64,000 bases of DNA, from NCBI GenBank assembly GCA_049975265.1, contig JBNGDF010000011.1:1-64000 (forward strand), read 5' to 3'. Source of the stretch: Fidelibacterota bacterium (GTDB lineage Bacteria > Fidelibacterota > UBA2242). The position numbers and the translations under genes were made by a program. Numbering within the stretch: position 1 is the first letter of the stretch; every line of letters starts with the position of its first letter. The notes under the pieces were generated by a model. That model did no database searches. It was not told where the DNA came from and was given only the letters and a program-made list of their open reading frames with translations. Below are positions 9,162 to 19,657 of the stretch, in pieces.

Positions 9162-9605
9162 TTAATTAAGGCTCGGATCGGCGCCGGTGCTGTTTTGCTG
9201 ATGAAATTCGATCAGCATTTCCCGGAAAAGGATGTAGCGGATTAATTCATTCATATCAAAGACCACATGAATATCCAGCAGGTGTTCGGGTATCTCAAAA
9301 TCGACTTCGCCGGTGACCAGAAATTTCCCCTGGATATCGAACTGGTCGAGAAATTCCGCTTTTTTCATGGATTCCGGCGGGAAATAGTGGGCGGCGATTC
9401 GCCGTTCCGGATCATGATAGAGCAGCGGCAGGGGAATCAGTGATTCATAACCACACTTGCTGCAGGTGAAGCGATTGATCTGTCCGTCGAACAATCGGTT
9501 GCGACCCTCGGGATTTAGCGTGGCGTTGATGGAACTCCATACGTGAATCGTCTGTTCGTGCTGACATTTCGGACAATTGACCGTGCGGTGTTCGTGGATG
9601 GACAA
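9162..9605 (-). CDS. CpXC-domain zinc-binding protein
   Basis: CPKC...WSSIN...FTCSKCG...LLYHD pattern; TTG start after GGAG. Confidence 0.7.
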   Translation of the reverse strand: MSIHEHRTVNCPKCQHEQTIHVWSSINATLNPEGRNRLFDGQINRFTCSKCGYESLIPLPLLYHDPERRIAAHYFPPESMKKAEFLDQFDIQGKFLVTGEVDFEIPEHLLDIHVVFDMNELIRYILFREMLIEFHQQNSTGADPSLN

Positions 9606-9752
9606 AGGTTTTCCTCCGGATTTGGGTTGCAGATCATTTCACTGCCGAAATTTAATACGGGAGCGGGCAAAGGTCTATGATTAATTTTTCAGCCGGAAAA
9701 GGGTCGCAATCATCAGAGGATTCCAAACCTTCGGATGCCTGGTTTTAGGATT

Positions 9753-10214
9753 TCATGTAAACATCTCTTCATACAGTCGGTAGGCGGTTTCGGTCATACC
9801 CAGACGGTGGTAGGTCTGCTGGGCGTCGGTATTGTCCTTTTCCACGTAGAGCCGGATGCCGGCAATATGATCCGCTTTCTGTGCCAGATTTTTAACAAAG
9901 CCGTACATCCGCCGGTAAATTCCCCGTCGGCGGAAATCGGGATGAACATAGACGCTCTGAATCCACCAGATCAGACCGTTTCGCCAGTCGCTCCACTCAT
10001 AGGTGATCAGCAGGCAGGCAACGACCCGGCGATCCGATTCCGCGACGACATAAAATCCATATTCGGGATGATCAAAGATGGCGTTGACACCGGTGGAAAT
10101 CGTCTCGGGGGACAGTTTTTTTCCCTCGGTTTCCAGCGCCATGGCACAATTAAACCCGGCAATGGTGTCGGCGTCCTTCCGAAAGGCTTTTCGAATTGTG
10201 GTTTGACTGATCAT
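9753..10214 (-). CDS. GNAT family N-acetyltransferase
   Basis: TYEWSDWRNG..WWIQSVYVHPDFRRRGIY, RLYVEKDN..AQQTY..LGM. Confidence 0.9.
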   Translation of the reverse strand: MISQTTIRKAFRKDADTIAGFNCAMALETEGKKLSPETISTGVNAIFDHPEYGFYVVAESDRRVVACLLITYEWSDWRNGLIWWIQSVYVHPDFRRRGIYRRMYGFVKNLAQKADHIAGIRLYVEKDNTDAQQTYHRLGMTETAYRLYEEMFT

Positions 10215-10437
10215 GATTACCTCATCATAAAATAGACCTTTTAAAATAACGGTTTATTCGGTGTTATCGCAAGAATATAATGCTGAATAGTAATAAAAAT
10301 CGGATATAAAATATCCTGAGAAGATATATCGTATTTTGTGCTGCTCGTCAGCATAATAGCAGCGGTCTTATCACCGCTTGTCGATTTTTGAAAAATTATA
10401 GCAATCTGTATCACGCTGTAGTCAGTCGGTTTTTTCA

Positions 10438-10575
10438 GGTTTAATCCCAAAGACCATTAACCAAATTAAGAAAGGCGTTTTCACTTTTTCTATTTACCTG
10501 GCGTTGAAACTTGCCCGGGTTCTGGATGTTACGGTAGAGGAGCTGCTTCAGATAGATGATTGCGAAGAACGTTGA
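10438..10575 (+). pseudogene. 5'-truncated XRE/Cro-family HTH regulator fragment
   Basis: Hand translation GLIPKTINQIKKGVFTFSIYLALKLARVLDVTVEELLQIDDCEER* resembles the C-terminal two-thirds of small XRE regulators. In-frame TAG at 10399-10401 and no convincing start before the conserved segment. Confidence 0.6.
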
Positions 10576-10578
10576 AAT

Positions 10579-11496
10579 TCAGGGCACCGGGTAGCCGTTG
10601 CGGGCTTCCAGCAGGCGGTACCAGTCTTCCCGGGAGTATTCGATTGCCAGTGCCTGCAGGGAAGCGCTGATCCGTGGGGGAGTCGTTGTTCCGATGATCG
10701 GAAAAATCCGTGCCGGATGCTTCAGCAGCCAGGCGAGCATGATGATCCAGTTTGCGGTGTTGTACTTTTTGGCTTGCAGATCAAATTCTCTTTGAATCCG
10801 GATTTCCGTCTCCTCGGTGAAGGTATTGCCCCAGGCGGGGTAGACGACGCCGCCCAGCGGACACCAGGCTTGCGGCGAGATGTTCAGTTCCTGGCATTGA
10901 TCCAGGGTTCCGTCCAGCAGCGTGCTGATATTGTGGATGTTAATCTCCACCTGATTGGTAATAATCGGCATGGGGCAGTATTTCCGCAACAGATTTACCT
11001 GGGACGGACGGAAATTGCTCACCCCGAAATAGCGGATTTTGCCGGAATTTTTCAGTTTTTCAAAGGCGCCGGCTACCTCTTCGGCGCGGAACAGGTAATC
11101 GGGGCGGTGCAGCAGCAGGATATCCAGATAATCGGTTTTCAGGCGTTTCAAACTACCTGCGACACTCTGCAGAATGTGCTTTTCGGAAAAATCGTAGCGC
11201 GTCGGATTTCCCGGATTTGGCTGCCCTTGACGACGGATTCCGCATTTGCTGGTGATGATGATTTTCTGGCGCAGACCGGGGTTTTCCTGCAGTACTTTGC
11301 CGAACAGCTCTTCGCATTTACCTCCACCGTAAATGTCGGCATGGTCGAAATGGGTAAAGCCGGCTTCCAATGCGGTGCGGAGAGCTTGTTTGCCTTTTTG
11401 GCGGGCTTCGGCGGAGTTATCGCCGACGATTCGCATGCAGCCGTAGACCAGCCGTGATGAGCGGAGTTCACTGTTGCCGATACACTGAGATTCCAT
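10579..11496 (-). CDS. Aldo/keto reductase (YdhF-like)
   Basis: FDHADIYGGG, SKCGI, SLKRLKTDYLDILLLHRPD, FGVSNF, NQVE. Confidence 0.92.
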   Translation of the reverse strand: MESQCIGNSELRSSRLVYGCMRIVGDNSAEARQKGKQALRTALEAGFTHFDHADIYGGGKCEELFGKVLQENPGLRQKIIITSKCGIRRQGQPNPGNPTRYDFSEKHILQSVAGSLKRLKTDYLDILLLHRPDYLFRAEEVAGAFEKLKNSGKIRYFGVSNFRPSQVNLLRKYCPMPIITNQVEINIHNISTLLDGTLDQCQELNISPQAWCPLGGVVYPAWGNTFTEETEIRIQREFDLQAKKYNTANWIIMLAWLLKHPARIFPIIGTTTPPRISASLQALAIEYSREDWYRLLEARNGYPVP

Positions 11497-11507
11497 ATCG
11501 ATTCCTT

Positions 11508-12371
11508 TTATGAAGGGTTCAAGATAACTTCCGCCAAAACCGGGAAATGGTCGGACGGCAGCCGACCATTGAAGGTGTCTGTGAGTGTCCCGTGATAGAG
11601 AATTTTTAGGTTATTTTTGATAAAAATGTAATCAATCGGCTGATCGTTAAAAAGGTTTTGCAGGTCGAACCAGGTGAACGTTCCATCGGAACCGTGATGA
11701 GGATATTGGGAAATCTTTTTCGAGTCGGTCAACTCGCGGGTGAGAATTTGATACACCTCCGAAGTAGGCGTAGAATTGAAATCACCGGTCACAATCACCG
11801 ACTCATTTTGGGCAATTCCGGCGATCTGTTGGAGCAGCAGTTCGGCGCTTTTAAGGCGGGCGAGGCTGCCTTTGTGGTCAAAATGGGTATTAAAATGGAA
11901 AAATTTCTGTCTGCTCTGCCGGTCCCTGAACTGAGCCCATGTGACAACCCGGTTGCAGGCGGCGTCCCAGCCCCTGCCGGGCTGTTCCGGCGTTTCCGAA
12001 AGCCAGAAGGTGGCGTGATCTGTTACCTGAAAGCGCTCTTTCCGGTAAAAAATCGCCATGAACTCACCCGCCCGGGCGCCGTCATCCCGTCCAACCCCGA
12101 GCCAGTCGTATTCTGGTAACAGGGTCGCCAAATCCTGCATCTGGTTCCAGAGTGCCTCCTGCACGCCCAGGAGATCGGCTTTATGAAACCGGACCGTACT
12201 GGCGACCATCTCTTTGCGGTAATGCCAGGCATTCAGACTGTCTGCGGGGGTGTCGAGGCGGATATTGAAGGTCATGACGCGGATGGGATATTTGTCCGAT
12301 TGCCGGGCACAGCCACCGCCCATTACCAGCATTAAAAGAAGGAATAAAAAAAAGAGTTTCCGTAATGCCAT
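11508..12371 (-). CDS. Endonuclease/exonuclease/phosphatase (EEP) family lipoprotein
   Basis: MTFNIR, GVQEA, NTHFDH, GDFNS, IDYIF, SDHFPV. Hydrophobic signal ending GGGC; start at 12371 after GGAGA. Confidence 0.88.
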   Translation of the reverse strand: MALRKLFFLFLLLMLVMGGGCARQSDKYPIRVMTFNIRLDTPADSLNAWHYRKEMVASTVRFHKADLLGVQEALWNQMQDLATLLPEYDWLGVGRDDGARAGEFMAIFYRKERFQVTDHATFWLSETPEQPGRGWDAACNRVVTWAQFRDRQSRQKFFHFNTHFDHKGSLARLKSAELLLQQIAGIAQNESVIVTGDFNSTPTSEVYQILTRELTDSKKISQYPHHGSDGTFTWFDLQNLFNDQPIDYIFIKNNLKILYHGTLTDTFNGRLPSDHFPVLAEVILNPS

Positions 12372-12550
12372 AAAATCTCCCGTTGAATACGCTTGTGGTG
12401 ATAATATACGCAAATCGATTCAATTTCATAAAAAGGATTTTGCGCGATGGAGTCCGGTGGCGGATTTCTTTTCTTGCCCTTTATCGGAAACTTTGATAGT
12501 TTCATTCCCGTGATTCGATGGATGCGCCGGGGTAAGACACAAAATACATT

Positions 12551-13966
12551 ATGATAAATTTCCTGATCTCTTTGCTGCTGCTATATCTGCTGTTGGTAAT
12601 CTGGATGAATCTGCGGCACCATGCGGTTAAATGGCGAGAATCTAAAATCAATATCGCTGAATACAGGTTTCCAAAGTCCTTTTTCTGGGGTGCGGCAACC
12701 TCGGCATATCAGGTGGAAGGCGGCAGCTACAATGCCGATTGGGCGGAATGGGAGAAAACCTATGATTCTTATGGCAATCCCCATATTAAAAACGGTGATC
12801 GCTGCGGAGATGCAGCCGACCACTGGTATCGCTATCGCGAAGATTTACGGCTTCTGAAGGACCTTGGCTGCAACTCCTACCGCTTTTCCGTGGAATGGAG
12901 CAAGCTGGTTCCGCGACCCGGAAAGTGGGACCCGGCAGCCGCTGATCACTACGTGAAAATGTGTCAGTATATGCGCGACCTGGAAATTGAGCCGAATCTG
13001 ACACTGCACCATTTTACACTGCCCCGCTGGCTGGCGGAGAAAGGCGGATTTGAACATCCCGACTCGATCAACTATTTTGCGGATTTTACTCATAAAACCG
13101 CCGAAACCTTAGGTCCCTTTGTAGATTACTGGGCGACCTTTAACGAACCCGTTGCCCTGGCGCTGATGGGCTGGATTCGTGGGGTCTGGCCCCCAGGGAA
13201 GCAGGACATCTGTCTCGCCGCCCGGGTGCTGGGCAATATTCTGGAGGCGCACCAGCAGGCGTACCGGATTCTCCACGCCACCGTCCGGCAGGATTCCGAC
13301 GGCGATGGCGTTCCCTGCCAGGTGGGTATCGTAAAAAATCTTACCATTTTCGATCCGGCGCGGAAGTGGCATCTGCTGGACTGGTTCTGTGCCCTGCAGA
13401 TCAATAAACTCTACAACGATGCCGTCCTGGATGCCTTTCAAAGTGATCGTTTCCGTTTCAATTTATTGAACCGCGTCCGCTATGAAAAAGATCTGCTAGG
13501 TTTGAGTGATATGCTGGACTGGATCGGGGTCAATTACTATACTCAATTTCTGACGAAATTCGATCCGTCATCCGATCAGAAAATAGCGGTATTTCCGGCG
13601 AAGAGACTCCCCAAAACAGATACGCACTGGGCGGTGTATCCCGCCGGATTGTATCAGGTGTTGCAGCGGGTGAACAGTTTTGGGATACCGGTTTTTATTA
13701 CCGAGAACGGTGTTGCTACGGAAGACGATCAGCTGCGGGAAGATTTCATTCTGAAACACATTGATGCCATGTACGAAGCGATTCTGGATAAAGTCGATGT
13801 CCGTGGGTACTATTACTGGTCGCTGATGGATAATTTTGAATGGGCGGAGGGCTTTGAAAAGCGTTTTGGATTGTATTATGTGGATTATCAGAGCCGGGAA
13901 CGGACCCTGAAAAACGGAGTAGATATTTACCGCAAGATCATTGACCGTAATCGTTCTGAAGGATAA
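12551..13966 (+). CDS. Glycoside hydrolase family 1 (beta-glucosidase-like) with N-terminal membrane anchor
   Basis: FFWGAATSAYQVEG, TFNEP acid/base, ITENG nucleophile, WSLMDNFEWAEG. Confidence 0.93.
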   Translation: MINFLISLLLLYLLLVIWMNLRHHAVKWRESKINIAEYRFPKSFFWGAATSAYQVEGGSYNADWAEWEKTYDSYGNPHIKNGDRCGDAADHWYRYREDLRLLKDLGCNSYRFSVEWSKLVPRPGKWDPAAADHYVKMCQYMRDLEIEPNLTLHHFTLPRWLAEKGGFEHPDSINYFADFTHKTAETLGPFVDYWATFNEPVALALMGWIRGVWPPGKQDICLAARVLGNILEAHQQAYRILHATVRQDSDGDGVPCQVGIVKNLTIFDPARKWHLLDWFCALQINKLYNDAVLDAFQSDRFRFNLLNRVRYEKDLLGLSDMLDWIGVNYYTQFLTKFDPSSDQKIAVFPAKRLPKTDTHWAVYPAGLYQVLQRVNSFGIPVFITENGVATEDDQLREDFILKHIDAMYEAILDKVDVRGYYYWSLMDNFEWAEGFEKRFGLYYVDYQSRERTLKNGVDIYRKIIDRNRSEG

Positions 13967-13990
13967 AAATCACTTTATCGGAGAGAAAAA

Positions 13991-16030
13991 ATGCACAGAC
14001 GGATGATTTTATTGATGACAATCTTTATTGTGGTAAGCGGAGCCGGATTTGCCGGTGAGAAGCGGGCGTTGACCTTTGATGACTTGATCGCCTGCCAGCG
14101 CCTGAAAGACCCGCAGATATCGCCTGACGGAAAGCAGATCGCCTTTACGGTCCAGACGATGAACGAAGCCGACAACAGCAGCCTGACGGATATCTATCTG
14201 GTTTCGGCGAATGGGCAGGATCTGCGTCTCTTCAGCGATGGTGAAACGTCGGCATCCTCACCGCGCTGGTCCCCTGACGGACGATTGAGCTTTTTATCCG
14301 ACGGACAAATCTGGATTCAGGGACTCACGGATGATAAACCAGTGCAGCTCACGAAGCATTACAGCGGCGTCGCTGAATTTGTCTGGTCCCCCGACGGTCA
14401 GAAGATTGCCTTTGCCTCACGGGTCTATCCGGACTGCGCCGATCAGGCATGCACCGAAAAGCGAGACAATCAAAAAGCCGACAGTGCCGTGCAAGCCCGT
14501 GTTTATGATGAGCTGCTTTATCGTCACTGGGACAGCTGGTGTGACCATAAACGGTCGCATATTTTTATCCTGGATGTACAGACCGGCGATTTCCAGGATG
14601 TGACACCCGGCGACTACGATGCGCCGCCGATCGCCCTTGCCCACGGATTCACCTTTTCCCAGGATTCAAAATATCTGGTCTACACCAGCAATCATGCAAA
14701 AATGGTGGCGATCAGTACCGATAACGATATCTGGAGAGTGCCGGTGACGGGGGGTGCGCCGGAGCTGGTAACCACAAAATGCAAAGATCGCGATTTTTCC
14801 GGGAATGACAGCGATCCGCAGTTTTCACCCGATGGACGCTACCTCGCTTTTTTATCAATGAAGCGAGCCGGATTCGAATCGGACAAACCGGACCTGTTGA
14901 TCAAGGATTTGAAACGCGGCAAGTTTAAAAACCTGACGGATGATCAGGATATCCGGATCAATGCCTACCGCTGGCTGCCGGATGGAAAAGCGCTGTTGCT
15001 GGTGGTAGATGAGACGGCGCGGCTGAAAATCAAGCGGTTGGAGCTCAAATCCGGGCGTCTGGTTGATCTCGTATCGACGGGCTGTAACCGTTCAATCAGC
15101 GTGAGCGGCGATGGGCAGCAGTTTGCTTATCTGCATGAGCAGTCAACACAGCCGGCAGAAATCTATTGTGCCTCCACCGTAGACGGCAAAGCCCGGCAAC
15201 TGACCCATTTCAATACCGAATTGCTGGCTGAGGTGGAGATGAATGAACCGGAAGAGTTCTGGTTCAAGGGTGCCGATCAGGATGATGTTCACGGATTCAT
15301 TGTGAAGCCGCCTTTTTTCGATTCCCGGAAAAAATACCCGGCGGTGTTTTTCGTACATGGCGGACCCCAGGGTGCCTGGCAGGATGAATGGCATTACCGC
15401 TGGAATATCCAGATGTGGGCGGCGCAGGGGTATGTAATGGTGATGATCAATCCCCGGGGCAGCACCGGTTACGGTCAGAAATTCACCGATGAAATCTCCA
15501 AAGACTGGGGCGGGAAGGTGTTTGAAGACCTGGTTGCCGGTCAGAAATATGTACTGGACCGGTTTGCCTTTATTGATAAAAACAGGCTGGCGGCTGCCGG
15601 GGCGTCTTATGGTGGCTATATGATGAACTGGATCGAAGGTCACATGGACGCCTTTGCCGTGCCGTTTCAAACCCTGGTCAATCACGATGGCACCTTCAAT
15701 CTGTACACCAATTTTCTGACCACGGAGGAGCTCTGGTTTCCCGAATGGGAATTTAACGGACCCTATTGGGAGGATGAACAATATTACCGGAAATGGTCAC
15801 CGCACAACTATGTAGACAATTTCAATACTCCGATGCTGATCATTCATGGTGAGCGGGATTACCGGCTGGCGTATACCGAAGGTCTGATGCCGTTTACAGC
15901 ACTGCGGCGCAAGGGAATTCCGGCGAAGCTGGTCATTTTTCCCGATGAGACCCATTTTGTGACCAAGCCCCAGAACAGCCGCTTCTGGCATGCCACCATC
16001 TTTGACTGGCTGGACTCTTATATTAAGTAG
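13991..16030 (+). CDS. Secreted S9-family peptidase (dipeptidyl/acylaminoacyl peptidase)
   Basis: Signal peptide; WSPDG beta-propeller repeats; HGGPQG, GASYGG nucleophile, HGERDYR, PDETH. Confidence 0.92.
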   Translation: MHRRMILLMTIFIVVSGAGFAGEKRALTFDDLIACQRLKDPQISPDGKQIAFTVQTMNEADNSSLTDIYLVSANGQDLRLFSDGETSASSPRWSPDGRLSFLSDGQIWIQGLTDDKPVQLTKHYSGVAEFVWSPDGQKIAFASRVYPDCADQACTEKRDNQKADSAVQARVYDELLYRHWDSWCDHKRSHIFILDVQTGDFQDVTPGDYDAPPIALAHGFTFSQDSKYLVYTSNHAKMVAISTDNDIWRVPVTGGAPELVTTKCKDRDFSGNDSDPQFSPDGRYLAFLSMKRAGFESDKPDLLIKDLKRGKFKNLTDDQDIRINAYRWLPDGKALLLVVDETARLKIKRLELKSGRLVDLVSTGCNRSISVSGDGQQFAYLHEQSTQPAEIYCASTVDGKARQLTHFNTELLAEVEMNEPEEFWFKGADQDDVHGFIVKPPFFDSRKKYPAVFFVHGGPQGAWQDEWHYRWNIQMWAAQGYVMVMINPRGSTGYGQKFTDEISKDWGGKVFEDLVAGQKYVLDRFAFIDKNRLAAAGASYGGYMMNWIEGHMDAFAVPFQTLVNHDGTFNLYTNFLTTEELWFPEWEFNGPYWEDEQYYRKWSPHNYVDNFNTPMLIIHGERDYRLAYTEGLMPFTALRRKGIPAKLVIFPDETHFVTKPQNSRFWHATIFDWLDSYIK

Positions 16031-16112
16031 ACGTTCGTGAAGCCGGTGATTGCTAATATCCTGCTTTGTTAAAAGGCGGATATTATCTATTTTATGATGG
16101 ATTTACATGTGA

Positions 16113-16142
16113 TTGAAAAGCCAGTTGTTGTTTTAGTATAAT
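16113..16142 (+). promoter_or_regulatory. Putative sigma70 promoter for murQ operon
   Basis: TTGAAA-18 nt-TATAAT ending 23 nt upstream of the murQ ATG. Confidence 0.5.
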
Positions 16143-16165
16143 TTTAAAAAAGAGATGTCGGAGCG

Positions 16166-17086
16166 ATGGAGAAAATTCTGAACAGAAGCAACATTTTAAC
16201 GGAAAAGATCAACCCGAAGAGTGCCCGGATCGACACCATGTCCACCGAGGAGATTATTCGACTGATCAATGAAGAGGATGGAACCGTTCATAAAGCCGTC
16301 GCGAAGGCAATCCCGGACATCGTCCGGGCGACTGATATAGTCGTAAATGCCTTCAAACATGGTGGTCGGCTGCGCTATATCGGCGCCGGCACCAGCGGAC
16401 GGTTGGGAGTTCTGGATGCCAGTGAAATCCCGCCCACCTTTTCAGTTTCCACCGACCTGGTTCAGGGGATGATTGCCGGTGGCTGGCGGGCGCTACGGGA
16501 GGCGATTGAAGGTGCCGAAGACTTCGAAGAGAGCGGTGCGGAGAATTGCAAAGCCATCAGATTGACCTCCAAAGATGTTCTCATGGGGATCGCCACCGGC
16601 GGGACAACTCCCTACGTTCACGGCGGCTTGAAATATGCCAAGTCCATTGGGTGTAAGACGATCTTTTTTACCTGTACGCCGCATGAGGAGCTGGGCATTG
16701 ATGAGGTCGTCGATGTCTTTATTGATGTGCTGGTGGGACCGGAACTAATCACCGGCTCGACCCGTATGAAAGCCGGCACCGCCACCAAAATGGTTCTGAA
16801 TATGATCACCACTACTGCCATGATCAAAATGGGCAAAGTCTATGGCAATTACATGATTGATCATCAGGCGATCAATTCCAAGCTGGTGGACCGCGGCACA
16901 CGCATCATCGCCACGCTGACAGGACTGTCTTATGAGGATGCCTATCAGGCTTTGCTGGCTGCCGATAAACATGTCAAAGAGGCGGTGGTGATGGTCAAGC
17001 GGAATGTCTCACTGGAAAAAGCGCGCCGGCTCATTGCCGAACATGACGGTTTCGTCCGTTTTGCTTTTGAAGAATCCGACCAATAG
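16166..17086 (+). CDS. murQ: N-acetylmuramic acid 6-phosphate etherase
   Basis: GAGTSGRLGVLDASE.PPTF, GPELITGSTRMKAGTATKMVLNMITT. Confidence 0.95.
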   Translation: MEKILNRSNILTEKINPKSARIDTMSTEEIIRLINEEDGTVHKAVAKAIPDIVRATDIVVNAFKHGGRLRYIGAGTSGRLGVLDASEIPPTFSVSTDLVQGMIAGGWRALREAIEGAEDFEESGAENCKAIRLTSKDVLMGIATGGTTPYVHGGLKYAKSIGCKTIFFTCTPHEELGIDEVVDVFIDVLVGPELITGSTRMKAGTATKMVLNMITTTAMIKMGKVYGNYMIDHQAINSKLVDRGTRIIATLTGLSYEDAYQALLAADKHVKEAVVMVKRNVSLEKARRLIAEHDGFVRFAFEESDQ

Positions 17087-17118
17087 GTCCGCACAATCAA
17101 ACAGACACTTTTCGGCTC

Positions 17119-18276
17119 ATGACCTCAATTTGGAATCTGCATCAAAAAACCGATCTGAACGTTCTGGGACTGATGTCCGGCACGTCCATGGACGGTCTGG
17201 ATATCTGCCTTGCAAAAATTGCAAAAGATGGCAACACCATGACGGTAAACGAGTACCGCTTTTCTGAATACGCCTATCCCGGTGATGTTAAAGCGTGGCT
17301 GAGTCGCCTGCCGGAAGCGAATGCCGAGACGCTCTGCCGGGCAAATTTCACGATTTCGGAAACCTACCTGCCGTTGATTCACCGGTTTTTAAAAGACAAT
17401 GAGATTTCCGGTAAGGAGATTGATCTGATCGGCAGTCACGGGCAGACAATCTGGCATGTTCATCGTCATTCTACCCTGCAGCTCGGCGAAGCCGCGGTTC
17501 TGGCGGAGGCGTTTACAGTTCCGGTGGTTTCGGATTTTCGGGTTCGGGACATCGCTGCCGGTGGTTCGGGTGCGCCGCTGGTACCCTTTGTGGACTTTTT
17601 ACTTTTCCAAAAACTTCAAAAAAACCTCATGGTGCTGAATATCGGCGGGATCGCCAATTTCACCCTGATTCCCGTCCGGGCTGAAAGTGCTGCGGATATC
17701 TATGCACTGGACACCGGTCCGGGGAATTCGTTGATTGATCTGGCGGTGAGAATGTACACCGACGGGCGGGAGACGTTTGACCGGGATGGAAAAATCGCCC
17801 GCACGGGGCGCATTCGCCGGGATATCCTGGCTCACCTGATGGAGCACCCCTACATTCGCGCGGAGATGCCGAAATCCACCGGACGTGAGGTCTTCGGGCA
17901 AAAAATGCTGACGGAAATTGTGCAAAGATTTATGCTGGAAAGGTCGGATTTTCCTGACCTTATTATGACCCTGACACGTTTTACTGCCGACTCAATTTAT
18001 TCAAATTATCAACAGTTCTTTGCAAATAAATATCCGATCGACGAAATTATTGTCAGTGGCGGGGGTGTTGAAAATCCGGTGTTAACGGAGCATTTGAAAG
18101 CAGATTTTGCTGGAGTATCGATGAAACTTTCGGATGATTATGGTGTCGGGAGTGCTGCCAAGGAGGCGTTGACCTTTGCCCTGTTGGCGGCAGCGGCGAT
18201 CTGGGGCATTCCGGGAAATGTCCCGAATGTTACAGGAGCGGCGCATGCTGTAGTGTTAGGTAAAATTAGTTTGTAA
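17119..18276 (+). CDS. anmK: Anhydro-N-acetylmuramic acid kinase
   Basis: GLMSGTSMDGLD, GSHGQT, DFRVRDIAAGGSGAPLVP, NIGGIAN, DTGPGN, PKSTGRE. Confidence 0.95.
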   Translation: MTSIWNLHQKTDLNVLGLMSGTSMDGLDICLAKIAKDGNTMTVNEYRFSEYAYPGDVKAWLSRLPEANAETLCRANFTISETYLPLIHRFLKDNEISGKEIDLIGSHGQTIWHVHRHSTLQLGEAAVLAEAFTVPVVSDFRVRDIAAGGSGAPLVPFVDFLLFQKLQKNLMVLNIGGIANFTLIPVRAESAADIYALDTGPGNSLIDLAVRMYTDGRETFDRDGKIARTGRIRRDILAHLMEHPYIRAEMPKSTGREVFGQKMLTEIVQRFMLERSDFPDLIMTLTRFTADSIYSNYQQFFANKYPIDEIIVSGGGVENPVLTEHLKADFAGVSMKLSDDYGVGSAAKEALTFALLAAAAIWGIPGNVPNVTGAAHAVVLGKISL

Positions 18277-18289
18277 AAGGAGATTGATA

Positions 18290-19651
18290 ATGAATCCGTA
18301 CATTTTTCGTGAATATGATATCCGGGGAGTCGTTGCCGAAGATTTTCCGGAAGAGGTTGTGGTGCAATTGGGGAAAGCCTTCGGGACCTATGTCCGGGAG
18401 AAGGGCGGTAAGACCATTGCGTTGAGCGGTGATGTACGGCTTTCCACGCCGGCTCTGAAAAAGGCGTTTGCTGAGGGTTTGATGGCAACCGGAGTGGATG
18501 TTATCGATGTAGGTATTGTCCCGACGCCGGTGAATTACTACAGCATGGTGATTCTCGATGTAGATGGGGCGGTGCAGATTACCGGTAGTCACAATCCGTC
18601 AGACATGAATGGATTTAAGTTGTCCTATGAGGGCAAAGCGGTGTACGGCTCCGATATTCAGTATCTGAAATCACTGATCGACGCTGGTAAATTTGCCGCC
18701 GGAGCAGGTCGTTTTTCGGAAAAGGAAATTCTGGAAGATTACAAGCAAATGGTCATCTCGAAAATTACCCTGGAACGCCCGGTAAAGCTGGTAATGGATT
18801 GTGGCAATGCCGCCGCCTGTCTGGCTGCGCCGGAGATTTATAAAGCCGTGGGTTGCGAAGTGACGGAACTGTTGTGCGAGGTGGACGGCACATTCCCCAA
18901 TCATCATCCCGATCCGACAGTGAAAAAGAATCTGAAGGATTTAATTACGCAGGTGAAAAAGGGTGGCTACGATTTTGGGATTGCTTTTGACGGCGATGCC
19001 GACCGGGTCGGAATCGTAGATGATCAGGGCGAAATCATCTGGGCGGATTATATTATCATTCTGATGCTGGATGAGATTTTTGCGAAATATCCCGGTACCG
19101 GCGTGGTGTTTGACGTCAAATGCTCCCAGGCGCTGGAGGAGGCGATCGTGGAAAAAGGGGGACGTCCGATTATGTGGAAGACCGGGCATTCGCTGATCAA
19201 GCAGAAAATGAAAGAGGAAAATGTGCCCTTTTCCGGGGAAATGAGCGGACATATCTTTTTCAAGGACGACTATTACGGTTTTGACGACGCCATCTATGTG
19301 GGTCTGCGGTTTGCCCGGATGGTATCGCAGCTGAAAGAGCCGTTATCCCGGCGGATGGCGAAACTGCCCCGTTACTATTCCACACCGGAGATGCGTCTGG
19401 AATGCGAAAGCGATAAAGTGAAGTTTGAGATTGCGCAGAAGGCAGCCGAGTATTTTAAAGCCAACTATGACTGTATTGATGTGGACGGCGTCCGGATTAA
19501 ATTCGGTGACGGCTGGGGTCTGGTGCGGAAATCCAATACGCAGCCGGTGATCGTGACCCGTTTTGAAGCCAAAACCGAGCAGCGGCTGGCAGAGATCAAA
19601 GATTTGGTGTTGACGAAGCTACAGGAGTTTGGGAAACTGCAAATAAATTAG
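18290..19651 (+). CDS. Phosphomannomutase/phosphoglucomutase
   Basis: IFREYDIRG, TGSHNP phosphoserine loop, FDGDADR, GEMSGH, SNTQP. Confidence 0.93.
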   Translation: MNPYIFREYDIRGVVAEDFPEEVVVQLGKAFGTYVREKGGKTIALSGDVRLSTPALKKAFAEGLMATGVDVIDVGIVPTPVNYYSMVILDVDGAVQITGSHNPSDMNGFKLSYEGKAVYGSDIQYLKSLIDAGKFAAGAGRFSEKEILEDYKQMVISKITLERPVKLVMDCGNAAACLAAPEIYKAVGCEVTELLCEVDGTFPNHHPDPTVKKNLKDLITQVKKGGYDFGIAFDGDADRVGIVDDQGEIIWADYIIILMLDEIFAKYPGTGVVFDVKCSQALEEAIVEKGGRPIMWKTGHSLIKQKMKEENVPFSGEMSGHIFFKDDYYGFDDAIYVGLRFARMVSQLKEPLSRRMAKLPRYYSTPEMRLECESDKVKFEIAQKAAEYFKANYDCIDVDGVRIKFGDGWGLVRKSNTQPVIVTRFEAKTEQRLAEIKDLVLTKLQEFGKLQIN

Positions 19652-19657
19652 CCCGAG

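Noticed and set aside
10241..10450. 69-aa - strand ORF in an AT-rich gap
   Set aside because: TTG start with no clear RBS and no motifs; overlaps the XRE relic on the other strand.
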